From Marsupella aquatica (Eukaryota > Plantae > Marchantiophyta), in contig OZ316895.1 in the NCBI GenBank assembly GCA_973895155.1, forward strand, positions 21,216,558 through 21,280,557: a stretch of DNA of 64,000 nucleotides, written 5' to 3'. Positions within the stretch are counted from its first letter, which is position 1. Every line of letters begins with the position of its first letter. The position numbers and the translations under genes were made by a program. Positions 1 to 14,929 of this stretch are shown piece by piece. The notes under the pieces were generated by a model. That model worked only from the letters and a program-made list of their open reading frames with translations, had not been told where the DNA came from and ran no database searches.

Positions 1-100
1 ATTTGTGACAACTTAGAGATTCTGGCTACCTTCTGTAAGGTGTCCATGATATACACATATATCAAACTGAACCATTTTGGTATTCCTATGGTACTTGCAG

Positions 101-3100
101 GAAGAATCTGAAGGAAAAGCAGGCAATCTGAATTCCGCATTGGAAGAGGAAGACTTGGAGACTGTGGTCTTTGACAATGATCTAGGAAGTGAGTTGTATC
201 TTCGGACATTCAAGGATAATTTCCAAAAGGTCATCGTTGTACCGGCAGAGCAAAGTAATCTGATACATTTGCCGCCTCCAAATTTTCCGGACAAGTTCAT
301 GACTGTAACTGACACAAGACAGATCCGCCACTACGTACTTGTACACGTGTCTGAGGGCAAGGTACCTAAAACTCAATATCCTTCTGACTTTTCTGTTTTC
401 GGGGAGTGAAATGGTTTCACTTGTTCGCTTTGTAGTATAGAGTCTGGTGGTGTCAAGCCCCGGGCATTCTCAGTGCATTGCCTCCTCTGTGTGCAATATG
501 GCTGAGAAAGTGTACCGTTGTATTAGATTTCCTTACAATTGCACGTCCTGGGGGATGGTAAGGGTTATGCAAAACGTGGTTAAAAATCAGCGTGAAAGCA
601 ATGCGTGCTAGACACAACGCATTCCAAAGGAGCAAGTATAAGAGCGCAGTGTGAATAACGAGCATTGCATCGTTTATAATCTGTTTATTTTGTCAATTTG
701 TGTTTCTCTCAGAATAGGGAAAGAAGAGTGTGACAATACATCTTTGCAGGCGATTGACCCGTATTCTATGATTTGAAATAACACAGGAACACTGACGTTA
801 TTGTCATGCACCACTGCACCGCTGTTCCTTCGAATGCTTCTAATGGGGATAGGAAGTGTTGAAACTAACTTCTTCAAATGGTTGCTTACAGGATCTACTT
901 GTAAGGGATGATGGAAATGGACAGGGCTATCTTTGTGCGCTAAGAGTCGTCTCATCACGACAGTCAACTGAAGCTCAGAAATCACTACCTCAGAGTGCTC
1001 GGTCTTGTTGTGTCAGACCATCTTCTCTAACGCAAGGCAAAGACACGCTTTTGGCGACTGCCAAATGGAACGAAGCATTTGTTTTCGAGATGACCAAGCA
1101 GGTATTCTGGGATATTCTCTAAATGAGTTTATAAATTATTGGATGAGTTGGTTATGAAGTAGAGTTGCGAGCCCAGAAACTGACCTTAGTAGGATGAAGT
1201 GACGCACACGACACATATATTCAGACTAGAGAACACTCCTTTAGTCTGAATTTCTTGAATGAGAACTTCAGAAGTAGCTCCCAGATTGAAGTGGAGAATG
1301 TGGTGAGAAATACAGAAAATTCATCTTGCAAAGCTATCACGCAGTTATTTCCATCGAGATTGACTTATCGGGTCGCACATTTGTTTGTTCTTATGGTAGG
1401 GACCTGTAAATCTAGAAGTCGTGGTGACAAATATGGCAGCAAGGGGAGGCAAAGGTATCTTGCGTTCCCTTTCTTCAGCAAATTCTAGCCTTCTGCAATT
1501 CAGAAACCAATGTGCTGGCTAACAGAGTGTGCCTATCCTTCCTGTTGATGGTGGTAAGAGTGTTTGAAATGGATATCCTCCATGAGTTCTACTAAAACTA
1601 GTTTGTGAGCAGAAATTCGGCAACAATTTTGGAAGTGGTCTTTAGGACCATAATGGTTCTCGGTTCTAGTCTGTTGTTCAGGAAGACGCTCTCGAGTCAT
1701 TTATATAGCATCTATTTGGTTGATGTACCAGGGCAAGCAGTGGGCGTGGTCTCAATACCTATGGAGGAGCATAGTGGGCAAAGGCTTCCCCAATCATCAC
1801 TTTGGAATGTTGTCAAGCAGTCCTTACTTCATCGATCTTCTTGGCCAACTATTCAGGAGAAGACCTTCGCTCTTCGTTCACCTCGGAAACGGGTACTTGC
1901 ATAGTTTATCCATTAACCAAGTCAAACCAATTTTCATCTTCCTTTGTTAAGCTGTATGGACGGGGTCATGGTTTCTGGTGCCAAGTGTCCCGATTCTGTC
2001 AGAATGTTCCTCTCTAGTTGGTCAATAGTTTAGCATATTGTAAGAATGCCTTGCCTATGTTAGAACCTGTTATCTTTCAGGAAGCTGACAGTCTACTTAA
2101 TGTCTATTCTAAGATATTTAAACAACACTCACTTTTTGCAGGAAAATGATTCTGAGAAACAGAAAAGTGGATCCATTACAGTGAGCATGTTCTTTTTCAC
2201 ATCTGGTCCAAATCAGATATTGGCAGGAGAGAAGAAAAGTTCAGGACTTCGGAAAGAAGAGGGGGACCGCAGTGATATTGGTTTATGGTTTTCCTCTAAT
2301 TCGGAGGGACCTTGGACAGGGATGCGCTCTGTCCTGACGCTAGGCACTTTCCCTAGACAGATTGGGGAGCAGAATGTAGCCGTGGAAGTTTCCTTGGAAC
2401 AGGGTTCAAAGCATGTCAAATTGCGCAGCCTTGTGACGGTTTTGAATAATACTGACATGTCATTAGCAGTGTGCATTTGTCCATTCTCGCGGCTGAACAC
2501 ACCTGATGGAGGGAAGGCCGCAACTGATGAGCCTGATGTAGCCCTAGAAGAAGTATTTGAAAATCAGAGATTTCAACCTCTTGGAGGTTGGGGAAGCAAA
2601 TGGCCTGGCCATCTGATGCCAACTGACCCTGGGCGTTGGAGTAGTCGAGATCTCTCCTCCTCATCACAGGTATAAAATTGATATGGTCTTGTCCAAATGA
2701 ATTTATGAAAGTGGAGGAAAGGCGTGCTTCATGCCCTTATAAACTTTAAACGGAAGCTGTGGAGTTTGCTTATTCTCATAAAAAATTCTTGAAATGTTCT
2801 TCAAGTTGAAACATTATGTAATCCTCGACATTTTAGGAAACTTTTTCATGAGCTAATTGTCCCGTTTGTTTTAAACTTCTTCTCTGCAGGATTTTATTGA
2901 TACGCCTTTGCCCCCCGGCTGGGTCTGGACTTCAGATTGGGCGTTGGACAAAGCTAGTCACGTAGATGCAGATGGGTGGTACTATGGTGCAGATTTCCAG
3001 AGTTTGAGGTGGCCTCCAAGCTCTATAAAAGCAAGCAAAAAATCTACATTTGACTTCGCTCGTCGGCGACGGTGGGTGCGCACCAGACAGCGTGTACCTG

Positions 3101-6100
3101 AGAGTACCTACATTCGAACAAGACATGTGTTCGGTGTTATTGAGCCTGGATCCTCGATCCCTGTCCCCTTGTCAAGTATCAATACTAAGACTGACTTTTG
3201 TGTTCAAGTGCGGCCACATACTGATCCTATCCAGTACTGGTGGGGTAGATCAATTGGAAGTGGAATAACGTCAAGCACTGGTCGAAGTAATGATGACAAC
3301 AGCCAATCCGGGAACAAACTAAAAGCGACAAAGAGCGGAGTTCCTGTCTCATCATTTCTTCTGAATGAGCTTGAGAAAACAGAAGAATTGCTGCTATGCC
3401 TTCCAGCTCCTGGTAGCGGACCAAAGAGCTGCTGGCTGAATATGGAAGCAGATGCAAGCATTTTATATACAGAACTAAATACACCAGTATATGACTGGAA
3501 ACTCTCTGTGAATGCCCCTTTGAAACTTGAAAATCGCCTGCCTTGTAGGGCTGAGTTTATTATTTGGGAAAAGCCCAGGGAGGGAAATCCCGTCCGAAAG
3601 AGTCAAGGTGTTGTCTCTGCAGGTGATAGTGTTTTCGTCTACTTTGTAGATCTTAGAAGACCCGTTTACTTGACATGGCTGGCACAAGGCGGTTGGAAAC
3701 CGGAAAAGGTATTCTTCATAATTTCCTTCATTATTCTGCTGGAATTCCGAACTTCAGGTGGGTGTCGAACCGATCTTGAGAGTAATTTCATCTCGTTTTA
3801 CAGGAGGCCGTGCTCATATCAGATCCATCCGTAGAGAGTCTACCTTCCGGTTTCTGGATCATACATCAGCAAAATCACAGGTAACTGTAGTAGTAAGAAT
3901 ATGTTTTTGCAGCAAAGGTTGCTGCAATTCTAGAATGAAATCCTCAAACTTTAACAGATAGAATCGGTTCTCATTTCAGTAAGACGTCACTTGATCTTGT
4001 GCTCAAATATTTGGGGATTTGATTAACTCGTATGTGGAAATATTGTTCTCATCAAAGAAGCTGGAACTTACCTTCGCACTGACGGTTGCTTGCGTATTAT
4101 TTAAGCTGAGAGCCATTTTGGTACCTTCCTTACATTCCAATTATGGATTTTGGTGGAGGCTTGGGGCTAACTGGATTTTGTACAGGAAACTTCGAGTAAG
4201 TTTGGAGAACGATTTTGGGAACACAGCTGGCTCTGCAAAGATCGTGCGATTGTTTGTTCCATATTGGCTCTGTGATGATGCTGCATTGCCTCTTTGCTAC
4301 CGTCTGGTTGAAATAGAACCCAGTGGAGGGGAGACTGGAGATTCTTCTTGGCTCAACAAAGCAGCTAAAGCCGCCAAGCAGGCTGCTCGCCGTCCGGCCC
4401 GTGCTGGTGAATTGAAAAAGTCACATTTGCAGAAGGTGGTTCAGAGTTTAGAACTCTTGGAAGATTCCCACGGGGCACCCGCAATGATCTCATTGCAAGC
4501 TCATTCTGATCGCGTTGGAGGTCTGTCACTAGCGAACAATACAGAAGGTGGTAGGCTTTCACCGCGTCTGGGCCTAGTAGTCACAATTGGGAACAATACT
4601 CGTTACAGCCATGCTTTATCGTTTCGAGACCTTGAAGAGAATGTAAGTTAAAGCACATGCTCTTATCTTTTGTGCTGCCTTGAGAATTGTGCTGCCAGTT
4701 TGCACGTATTTTTATAAGGAATATCCAACTGAAGTTTTTTTAATTGTGTCTCTCGTCTTTGCAATGAAGTTTATCTCTACATATCTAGTAACATCGCTAC
4801 TTTCCTACTCTTGAAATGAATTGTTATAGCTTAAGTCGTTGTAAGTACATCCAAAGGTGAATTTGTGGAGCACGGTTTGTCTAATGTAAGTTTTCATGAC
4901 TCCGACCTCAGATGGAGCGGGTAGATTTCACGGCAGCTGATGGAAATGGGGCATACTATAAACTCTCAGCTTTTTTGGATATGTCATCAGATCGAACAAA
5001 GGTCTAGCATTTTACTTTTTATTATGTTTAATTTTAATATTCCGGAATTCGCGTTTCCAATTTTGCTGTAGCTTGAGACTGCACATGCTGATACAACAGG
5101 AACGATCATTCTTACCTGTTGAGGGTATGAATATCATTTTGATGTTGTCGACAACGGGCAGATGCAGACATCATTGCAGAAACTTATCACTGTCTTCTTT
5201 CTTGCTTTAGGTGCTCGTGGAAGTCTTTCCCTATACTAAATGAAAAGAGTCAACTGACCACGGTTTCTTTGCAGATTATACATCTTCAACCTCACACAGT
5301 TTTCATAAATAGGCTGGGGCAAAGAATTCGCTTACGTCAAGGAGACCTTGACCATGAAGAGCTGCTTTACCCCAATGATGCAGCTAGAACTCTCCTCTGG
5401 CAGCCAACACGTGATCCAGAACTCCTACGTGTAAGTGAAATTCCTCCGGGCTTCTGCAAATATTATCGTTTAGAACAAAATGAGCTAATGCAAGCTTGGG
5501 ATTGAGATTTAGGTTTGACAAATAGTGTTCCATGAAATGAGGAGATAGAAGTCATTTTTATCTCATGTATACGTCGGGATGTTCCCTTTCATTGTTCCAT
5601 ATTCGGTGGCCTGGTTGGAATTTGTTTGATATGAAGATGATCATTCGTTGAGATTGACTACTATTTTGCAGATTTGTATAGAAGGGCACAAGTGGAGTCA
5701 ACCATTCAGTGTTGACACTGAAGGCAACATGCAAATGAGGCTACAGGGAAGGGATGGCCTTACGTTTGTGGTAAGAACAGAAGTTCGCAGTGGAATCAAG
5801 GGATCTCGATTTGTGGTGGTCTTTCGGCCCGCATCTTTTCACAGTCCCTACAGGTCAGAACGTCTCTCTTATCACAGCATCCAAAACCATTCCGAGTACC
5901 ACTAGGATCCTTATGCTGCAGTGCATAACGTATAACAGCCAGTATGACTACTTATATTAGACTAATCTTCCATGGCCTCTTGTTATTATGATTTCAGGAT
6001 AGAGAATCGGTCGGAAGTGTTGCCCTTCCGGTATCGTCAAGCTGGGGGAAATTCCGATTCATGGCAGCTCCTGGGGCCAGGTTCTGCTGCCTCATTTGCG

Positions 6101-9100
6101 TGGGAAGACCTTCAAAGAGACCGCATGCTAGAACTTCTCGTAGATGGAGCAGATCCTTTGACAGCACGAAAGTTTTGCATCGATGATGTTGGTGATTACC
6201 AGCCCATGCCAACAAAAGGAGGTCCCGTTGCAGCACTTCATGTGAGGGTGTCGAAAGAAGGTTTAATGAAAGTAGTTAAAGTTGCAGATTGGAGACCGAG
6301 TGACTTCGATTTGTCAATTGTACTTTACAACTCGGAGGCATCACCAGCTCGAGCTCCTGAACGAATTCAACCAGCTGCTGGTGGATCGGAGAATCAGTTT
6401 CATGCTATTTTGGAACTAGCTGAGCTTGGAATCTCCATTGTTGATCATACACCAGAAGAGTTGCTGTATGTGACTATGCAGACCCTTGTTGTTCAATATG
6501 CAACAGGACCCGGCCTTGGGACAATTCGGTAAGTGGTTCATAACTGGTGTGGTTTGGATAGTGTAAGATTCGCAAGTCTTAAAAATCACTTTCGCGACAG
6601 ACCACTTGGGAGGCGATTTCAATGGTCATCATCTTGTGTAATTATTATCATTTTTATTAATAGTCAGCACCTTGCAAATTTAACCTCCGTTTGCCTGTTG
6701 TGATATTCTAGGTACAAACTCCGTGTGGATGGTCTACAAGTTGACAATCAACTGCCATTAACCCCTATGCCTGTCCTGTTTACGACACAACAGGACAGTG
6801 ACAATAAACCTGAATTTCTCTTGAAGTTAAGTGCGACTACAAATGAACAAGGGATGGCTGATTATTATTCATATTCTTACATCGGTATACAGGTGAGCGC
6901 CACTTTCGCTGTGTCTTAACCTATCATTCACATGAACGCCCCTGGTAAAACTTTCATAAGCTATGTGACAGCTTAGGGCATACTCTAGCTCAGCCGTAGA
7001 AATCTTAAGCCCTTGGACACGCATCTATTTAACGCTTTAGTAAAATGTTTGTCCTAGTCTGGAGCTAAAAGTACATTGATTCTGGATTCTAGGTTAGGGA
7101 TCTGGTAGGATTTTGCAAACGAATCCAGAAGCCGAAATCCAGGCTCTCACTAATTTCAATCCAAGTTATTTTCAGCCATAAGGTCCTCTTAGTTCATTCG
7201 TATGTGAATGCTTAGTGTTTTTCATTTAACTTGTTTCGAAGTGGATATATTCCCGATTAGAGTATGGAGACGCGGTGTCTGTGCTGGTGGAGTGACATAT
7301 CTTACTGAAGCATTTTGGGGAGTCACAGTGAAGTGCATCGAATTGAAGATGTAGAGACTTCGTACATTTTATCTGGCCCTGCTTGTGGAGATTGAAAAAC
7401 TGCACTTTATAAAATGTAAATTGAAATGCTTTCCCACAACTCTTTCAAACAGCTCTTGTGGTTCTTGCAGGGACCAAGTGTACCTACCGTGGCATTTCTG
7501 GTGAAGATTCATGAGCCAATCATCTGGCGCTTGCACGAGATGTTCAGCCAGTTGAATTTAAGTCGCTTGACTTCCAGTCAAACCACAGATGTTGCCTTGG
7601 ACCCTAATATTCGTATAGGGTATGCTACTTTATATTAATCTTTTCATTTGGGATAGCGTAGAGTTGCTGTGTGCTACTAAACTTCAATGAAATCAGACGT
7701 TTTTTTGCATGATGAGACGAGTTCTTAGAGCTTACATTTTTTAATTGAATGAATATAATAGTTTACTTTAGGATTAGCTTCACCGATGACGTAGGAAGTC
7801 TAAGCTGCAGCACTTTTTCTAGTGCAGTTAGTATACGCTGAAAACTGGAAAAGTCGGACAATTCAATTCAATTGGCCATATTACAATTCAGCTTCTAACG
7901 TTTCAATGTCATGAAGGCTTCTGCATACAACGGAGGTTCGATTTAAAGTGACACTAGCCATGTCTCCAACTCAGCGTCCGCGAGGGATGTTGGGGTTCTG
8001 GTCAACATTAATGACGTCTCTTGGCAACACTGATGAAATGCCTGTAGGTCTTCCGTTCCACTTTCATGTCTTGATACTGATGAACTTGCTACTTGAAGGA
8101 TACTTTTATTTACATTCAAGTCTGCACATTCTATGCAGACATAAGACGAAAGACAATCGTACTTCTTATGTACAGCATGGAATATATTCATCCCCTCTCT
8201 AGCAGAAACGTGACGGTTGTCGGGTGCTCAATGACCTCTTGCCAGATTCGAATCAATCCACGAGTCCATGAAGAAATAACAATGCGGCAAAGTGCACTCA
8301 TAACAGCAGCTGTCTCCAGCATCCGCAATGATGTACTCAGTAAACCGCTTTCACTTCTCACTGGAGTGGATATATTAGGAAATGCCAGCACTGCCCTTGG
8401 CAATATGAGCAAAGGAGTAGCGGCACTATCGATGGACAAGAAATTTATTCGCAGCCGTACAAGGCAGGTGGGTACTTATAGCGATAGTGTTTTACTGTTG
8501 GAATGTATTTCATGCTGACCCACATTACCTGCAACCTGAAGCAATTTTCCACGAAGTCCTGGAGTTTACTGAAGTATTCCTATTCGTGCAGCATCCCCAG
8601 CATTTAGGCTGGGGATGAAATATGCAATTGAATTAATGATGTACGCAATGAAATTGCCCTGCTGGTCGATTTAGCCAATTTTTTGTGTAGGCTGACAAGT
8701 GAAATTTCCAATGATGACTGTTCAATAGCATTTAATAAAAACTCCCAGGATTGTTCTACAGCAGGACTCCTGGCTGTTTCCTTGAATCGGAAGCTGTGAA
8801 CTCATTGGCTTTAGTATTCTATAAATGATCATACAACTTGTCCATGTATGTTGACTGTGCGTTTGAGCTGTATTACCTATTGCAGGATACTAAAGCGAAT
8901 GTTGAGGACATCGGTGATGGACTGCGAGAAGGAGGAGAAGCCCTTGCTAAAGGTTTCTTTAGGGGAGTTACAGGCATTTTGACCAAACCTCTAGAAGGCG
9001 CACGATCTTCTGGAGTGGAAGGCTTTGTTCAGGGCATGGGTAAAGGTGTCATAGGCGCTGCAATTCAGCCCGTGAGTGGAGTGCTCGATTTTCTTTCAAG

Positions 9101-12050
9101 AACTACAGAAGGAGCCAATGCTACAAGGATGAAACTGACAGCTGCTATCACTTTTGAGGAGCAACTTTTACGGCGTCGTCTGCCTCGTGTCATCGGTGGT
9201 GACAATGTGCTGCGGCCTTACGATGACTACAAGGCCCGAGGCCAGGTAGATGACTTATATCTTTAGAGATAAAGATATCAGTATGAGAAGCAGAGAATCT
9301 TGGAAGATACAAATGCTGCTGTTCCGAAAGTGAGACTCAGGTCTCGTCAGGGTGAAACGGTCCTTATATCATCCCTTTAGCACGAGCTCAGTTGAAGAGC
9401 TTTGGCTTTTGACTGCAGTTCGAAACTAGATTTCCCATCAAAAGTGATAGTTCCACTGGAGTTCTTGTTATTTTAAACACGGTGTCAAATGTAGCAGGAA
9501 AACCTGATATTGTAGTTTGTTGTTGCAATTTTGATGCAAAGCAGGACAACACATAAGTCTCTAGATAAGGATATAGTTCCATTTCTGATATGGGTCATAA
9601 AGCCATTGGGGTGGGAGTCCTAATAAGACCTGGAGAACTTGCGTTGCTTTTGGGTATACCGGACTTTTCATAATTTTGTTCAGAATCATAAAGTTAGCCT
9701 ACCGTAACAACTTCAGACGCTGAAACCTTAACGTTAAGTCTCAATGTACGTTTAACCTCGATATGAATTATTCAATAGTCTCGGACTCTAACTTTGACTT
9801 CGTCAAATTAGGTTCTCATGCAACTAGCAGAGCGAGGTGCCATTTTTGGACCTATTGATCTTTTCAAGGTGCGTGGAAAGTTTGCTATGTCAGACGCTTA
9901 CGAGGATCATTTCAATCTTCCCAAGCTCAGAACTTTGATGATCACTCACCGCCGGGTCATTTTACTGCAGGTACGTATCTGAATGAGTTTTTTGTTGTTA
10001 TTTAAATTGACTTATGTAACCAATGTCAAGATGAATTGTAATCGTTAACTGGTGAGACGTGACGTGTGCAGCACCCACAAGGCTTTGTCGTTCAGAAGAA
10101 AGCTGATCTGTTGAAGGATCCGTGCACAGTGACTTGGGATGTCACATGGGATGACTTTATGACCATGGAGCTCTCTCATGGCAAGGAAGAGCCACACAAT
10201 CTACCACCATCTCGCCTTATTATTCATCTCCGCAGCTGGTCGCAAGACACAAGACTGTTTGACAGTAAGGAGATTGCACGTATTGTGAAGTGCCATCCTG
10301 GCACAAAGCAGGCTGCTGAGCTACGGCTTGCGATCCAGAAGGCCTATGACACGTATGGGCCTGGTCGAGCAACTCTGCTACCGGTAATTTTCCGAACTTC
10401 TTTCTAAGAAAAAATTGCTCGATGTGTGAAACATTGTTTCAGAGTTTTCTGCTCTGAAGTGTGAAGAGGCAGTCATGCTTTGTAGTGTGCTCTATATCTT
10501 TCTCAATACATGTTGTCATTTTGACGACTTTCGGATTTGTAGGGTGAACTGCAACGAAGACCATCTACAAGGAGACCATACTCTGCAGCAGGAGCTGGGG
10601 CGGCATCTGGAGCGGCCCTTGGCTTGCTAGCCGGTCCTGCTGCACCTATTGCAGTTCCAGTGATGGCTACGTTCGGTGCCTTAATTGGAACTGCAGGCGA
10701 AGCCATGCTCGAGTCTGACAGTGAAATGCCACCACAACAAGATAGTGTTCGTGCTACTCGACAAGTTAGTACCATTGACCAACCTTCTTTTAGGGAGTCA
10801 ACGCCAGAGAGCACTGTCCAGATTGGGAGGATCACAAATGAGTTCCAGCTCATGTGGTGGGATAAGGTAAGTCAACTCTCACTTTGGAGTCCAGCTTAGG
10901 AGCCCAACTTTTCTTCATTTTCACGTTGGTCAAAAGTTTAAAAGCGCGGGGAATATGGCGCAAATTTAACTTGAGAATTGTTGACTGAAGGGTTGAAGTT
11001 GCTCAACATGTTCTATGAAACACAAAATAAATGTTCTGAATGTTCGTAATGCAGGGAGCTGCATGGAGTAAGAAGTTTCACATCTCCATTTGGCGACCAG
11101 TACCCCCACCTGGGTAAGACCTCAAACACATCATCTGAGATCTGTCCGGTTCATCAATAACTTGGACTGTATGATTTGGCCTTTTTTGTTTACTTTGTAC
11201 ATCAAAGTAGGGAAACACAGTGAAACTATGAGGACTGAACTCTCCGCTTCTCTGCTAGGCAGTAGCATCAAACCACTTTGACTGACCTGTACAAAACTGG
11301 TACTTACTTTCACACGGTCTCACGGTTTGGCTCTATAACTTGGTGTTGTGAATCTTTAGGTTTGTATCGGTGGGCGATGTTGTCCAGCGCTCTTATGATC
11401 CACCAGAAAGTGTAATGGTTTACCGGGATGAGCGTGATGGGAAGTTCATGCTTCCAGATGGGTTTGACTTGGTAACAGTTTCTACTCCATATTGAATATT
11501 TTATAAATATCAGGTTGAAGTCACCATGATCATCTTGTTGTCCCCTTAGTAAGAGTATTGAAATGGTAACTGGCATTGGCGTTGATTGGCTTGGTCTCTG
11601 CTTGACAAGGGACTCATTAGCTCATCTCGTTGAAGCGATCCTAAGCAATGGAAGCAACTATTACCTACAAGCATTGACGAAAGGAATGGTTTGATGAGAC
11701 GAACTGTGTTGATTCTGATACATTTCACCTGATTGCAGATATGGCGTGACACAGAAAGTGGTGCAAGGGAGCCTGTAACTATCTGGAGGCCCCGCTCTCC
11801 TGCAGGATATGTAGCTATTGGTTGTGTGGTGGTACCAGATTACTGCGAACCGGAACGTGAAGTAATACGATGCGTTCGGCGGGACCGTGCTGGTAATGTT
11901 GCTTTAGGTCAAGTCCCTCTCTGGAGAGACTACAAGGGAGCTGGTATCTGGCACTGTAGTCTTTGGCAAGTGCAAAATGAAGCCCATACCTTCCTGGCCA
12001 AACGAGACCATCAGGCCCCACCTCCCAATCTTGCATACACTGTTCTTTGA
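101..12050 (+). CDS. VPS13: VPS13 family bridge-like lipid transfer protein (plant VPS13M type), 5'-partial, about 23 exons in window
   Basis: GT-AG exons read manually: 101-361, 892-1101, 1400-1454, 1732-1892, 2142-2669, 2890-3708, 3804-3880, 4186-4642, 4912-5001, 5275-5430, 5672-5853, 5998-6528, 6712-6892, 7471-7619, 7917-8043, 8246-8467, 8886-9245, 9812-9970, 10072-10383, 10543-10866, 11055-11113, 11360-11471, 11739-12050 (TGA). Motifs: C2-like KWNEAFVF; DysF-like EEVFENQRFQPLGGW...GWVWTSDW...DGWYYG...RRRRWVR; VAB repeats (PLKLENRLP, PYRIENRS, FAWED); VPS13_C/ATG2_C (GVTGILTKPLEGA...GMGKGVIG); PH-like; C-terminal Vps62/DUF946 (IWRPRSPAGYVAIGCVV). Confidence 0.95.
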
Positions 12051-12160
12051 CCTGCCACAGAAGTTGTCCAGAAATGGCCGTGATGTCAGGCTCGATCGGA
12101 ATGTCATTGATATTCTTGTCTTTTGACAATATCTACATTTTTTTTGGAATGACTTAAAAC

Positions 12161-12437
12161 CCCCATTGACGACCTTTAGAGTAGAGGACCAGAAGCATTT
12201 TGAAACTGTCACCGATCTCTTCCCTTGTCAGCACGGAATAGCGGAGCAGTGTATAGATGATCTTTCAATCTGCACTGGACAGTTCACTTGATGTAATGAC
12301 TTGGGACCCCCATTGACGACCTTCAGAGTAGAGCCAGAAACATTTTGAAACTGTCACCGATCTCTTCCCTTTCAGCACGGAATAGCGGAGCAGTGTATAG
12401 CTAATTTTTCAATCTGGACTGGACAGTCCACTTGATG
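12161..12437 (+). repeat. Tandem duplication of about 146 bp downstream of the VPS13 stop (probable 3' UTR)
   Basis: ccccattgacgacct...gaaactgtcaccgatctcttccct...gcacggaatagcggagcagtgtatag...cacttgatg at about 12161-12293 and 12307-12437. Confidence 0.9.
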
Positions 12438-13106
12438 GAAAACAGACATCATAGAATCGTAGTACATTTAGTTGTTAAATGGTATTAAACATTTTACACT
12501 CGTAGGTGGTCATAGTCTAATCATTCATATGTAGGGAACGGTTTTCAAGTTTACAGAAGTAGTGCGCAAAATTGTTATTCCAGTGGGGAAATTGTAGAGA
12601 TACAATTGTTCAACCCACTGATGTAGTTTGTTAACTGAGGAAAGAAAACACTTCTCAGGAGGGAATCAAGGATCCCAATATGTAAATGCTGCAAAAGGAA
12701 ATGGATTGTTCAAGTTGAAGCCACACGAAGCGAGGTTTTTGTCGACAGGCCTGAAATTCCAATATGCTTTATGTGATAAATTGAGTGTGCTCAGCTGAGC
12801 TCCTGGCATTCATGCAAAAATCCATGATTGCTCTTCTCCCTCAATTTCCATCCAGTTCAAGTAGTTAGGTGACATATTTCGTGCTTGTTATATGTCCGCG
12901 GATTGAGCTGTCTGGAGTATCAATGATGCTATGTCAACCTTCCGTCTTACCATGTGCTGCCTGCCTGTTTATGATGGAAGTGATTGGCAAATTTTTGCCC
13001 AAAACAAATTGGCTGGAGCCAACCCACCAGTCCATCCAAGCTTAATTTTTGAAATAATGGTTATGAGCAACTCTGAACAGATCCTTAAACCACCACTGTC
13101 CAACTT

Positions 13107-13285
13107 CAGTGGGGACAAAAATGTGCACTTATTAATTTTCTGGAGACTTTGAGACCCCTAATAAAACTAGATCCAGTAACAAAGAGTCCCCAGCTACAGT
13201 GGGGACAAAAATGTGCACTTTATTATTTTTTGGAGACTTTGAGAGGCCCTAATAAAGCTAGATCCAGTAACAAAGAGACCCAGCA
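13107..13285 (+). repeat. Tandem duplication of about 89 bp
   Basis: cagtggggacaaaaatgtgcactt...tggagactttgaga...ctagatccagtaacaaagag occurs twice. Confidence 0.9.
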
Positions 13286-14339
13286 ACAGGACGGTCATGA
13301 TGGGCTCAAACTTTAAGCCCTTTTGTCTCTTGTGAGAGGTAGCACAAGATTGCATCTATCTATGTGTGCTCAAGTTTTTGACCATGTGAAAATCAACGTC
13401 AAACTAGACACGCCCTAATAGGGCATCTCAAAGCATGGCCATAACAAGTTACAAGTTGGCTGTAAGGACTGAGTTACAGGAACCGCCATAAAAGTTGTGG
13501 GAGGCTAAAATTGGCTTCTGTAAGAAAGTGCCACTGCCGTTGACCGAAACCCATAACTTTAACTCTGAGCCATAACACAGAGCATGAACACTTTTAATAT
13601 TTTGTCCTTTTGTCTACCCAATGTTCACAAAGGACTTTGAATTTGCGTCATCACACCATCCAGGGACGGAAACGACATGCTAGTCACTGTGTATGATTAG
13701 AATGTTATCGTGACCGCTTGTCGAGACAATAGGCTTGAGCTAGTCTGACAGGGACGGGCCAAAAGCATTTACTCTGAGAAAGAGTACCCATAACTCATCC
13801 CTTATGGCATGGGTCAATGTATATCCCCCTACAAACAATAGGGTGTGTCAAAGTTCTCCTGTAAGCAGAGTCCTACAGCTGTTAATGTTTGGACATAAAA
13901 TGCTGATGGGTATGTATTTGGTCTCCCCTATGATAATGTCTTGGCCGTAAAAGCAATTTATGTCCTGAGTTGTAACTGAGTTACAGCCCTGCTTTGACAC
14001 GCCCTACTGGCCCGTAAAGTCTGGCCATAAGGTGTTTTATGGGCACAACTGGTGTCCCATAACTTTTCCCTTCCGGCCCTACTTTGAAAGGCCTTAAGAT
14101 GGTAGCTCAAAAAAACCATAAGTGAAGTAATCTCTATGTCACATTGAGAACCCAACATAAGTCTCTGCCTTTCACAGAACTTCAAGTCTCCTTGTGTTCA
14201 GCACAGAGCGAACTATTCTTTCGCCTTTTACTAAAGAATACCGTGTGTCGGACACAAACTTGGAATACAAGAATATTTGGAGAGCTCTTCGTTGAGCGCC
14301 ACCCAACACTTCAAAATTGGAATCCTCTCGTAATTTACT

Positions 14340-14700
14340 GCTTCTGTGGTGTGATTTCAACGTAATCTTGACTCCAGCCAGACCTTTGCAACTGAAAGTG
14401 TCAATTGGATTCCTCGTTCTCTATCTTGCAATGTCTTTGGTTTGAAGCTCGATGACCCTTTAACATAGTTCTTTGATGCAACTCCAGATCTCTGCAATTG
14501 AAACTGTCGAATTTCGTTGACCTTACCAATTCCGTCGTTGGAAGCTCTGTGATTTCAACGTCATTGTTTGACCCCCAGTCTTCTATAATGGAAGCTGACA
14601 ATTGGAGTCCTCGTTGTCTGCCTTGCAAATTCCCTGGTTGAAGCTCTATGATTTCAATATCATTAACTGACGCAGCTCTAGATCTCTACAATGGAAGCTG
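14340..14700. repeat. Degenerate tandem repeat of about 100 bp, about 4 copies
   Basis: Recurring gaagctct(g/a)tgatttcaa...tgac...ccagatctctgcaat(t/g)gaa(a/g)ctg units near 14340, 14445, 14541 and 14640. Confidence 0.65.
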
Positions 14701-14929
14701 CCCTGTCGAGGGCTCAATTGTGGTGTACAGAAATTTGGAACGGGACAAACTTCGTGTAGGCAGAAATCTCAATCTGATTTCTGCATTTGTGGAGCAGAGA
14801 TTGCTGTAAAGGACTGTCATTTCGAATGGACTTGCTGCTGCTCACGAGAACCAGAGTGAAGGAATGAGGCGTTTAGGGGATCAATGGAGCTTTAGGGTGG
14901 CGAAAATCCCCTTCCCTCCTGAGCTACCG

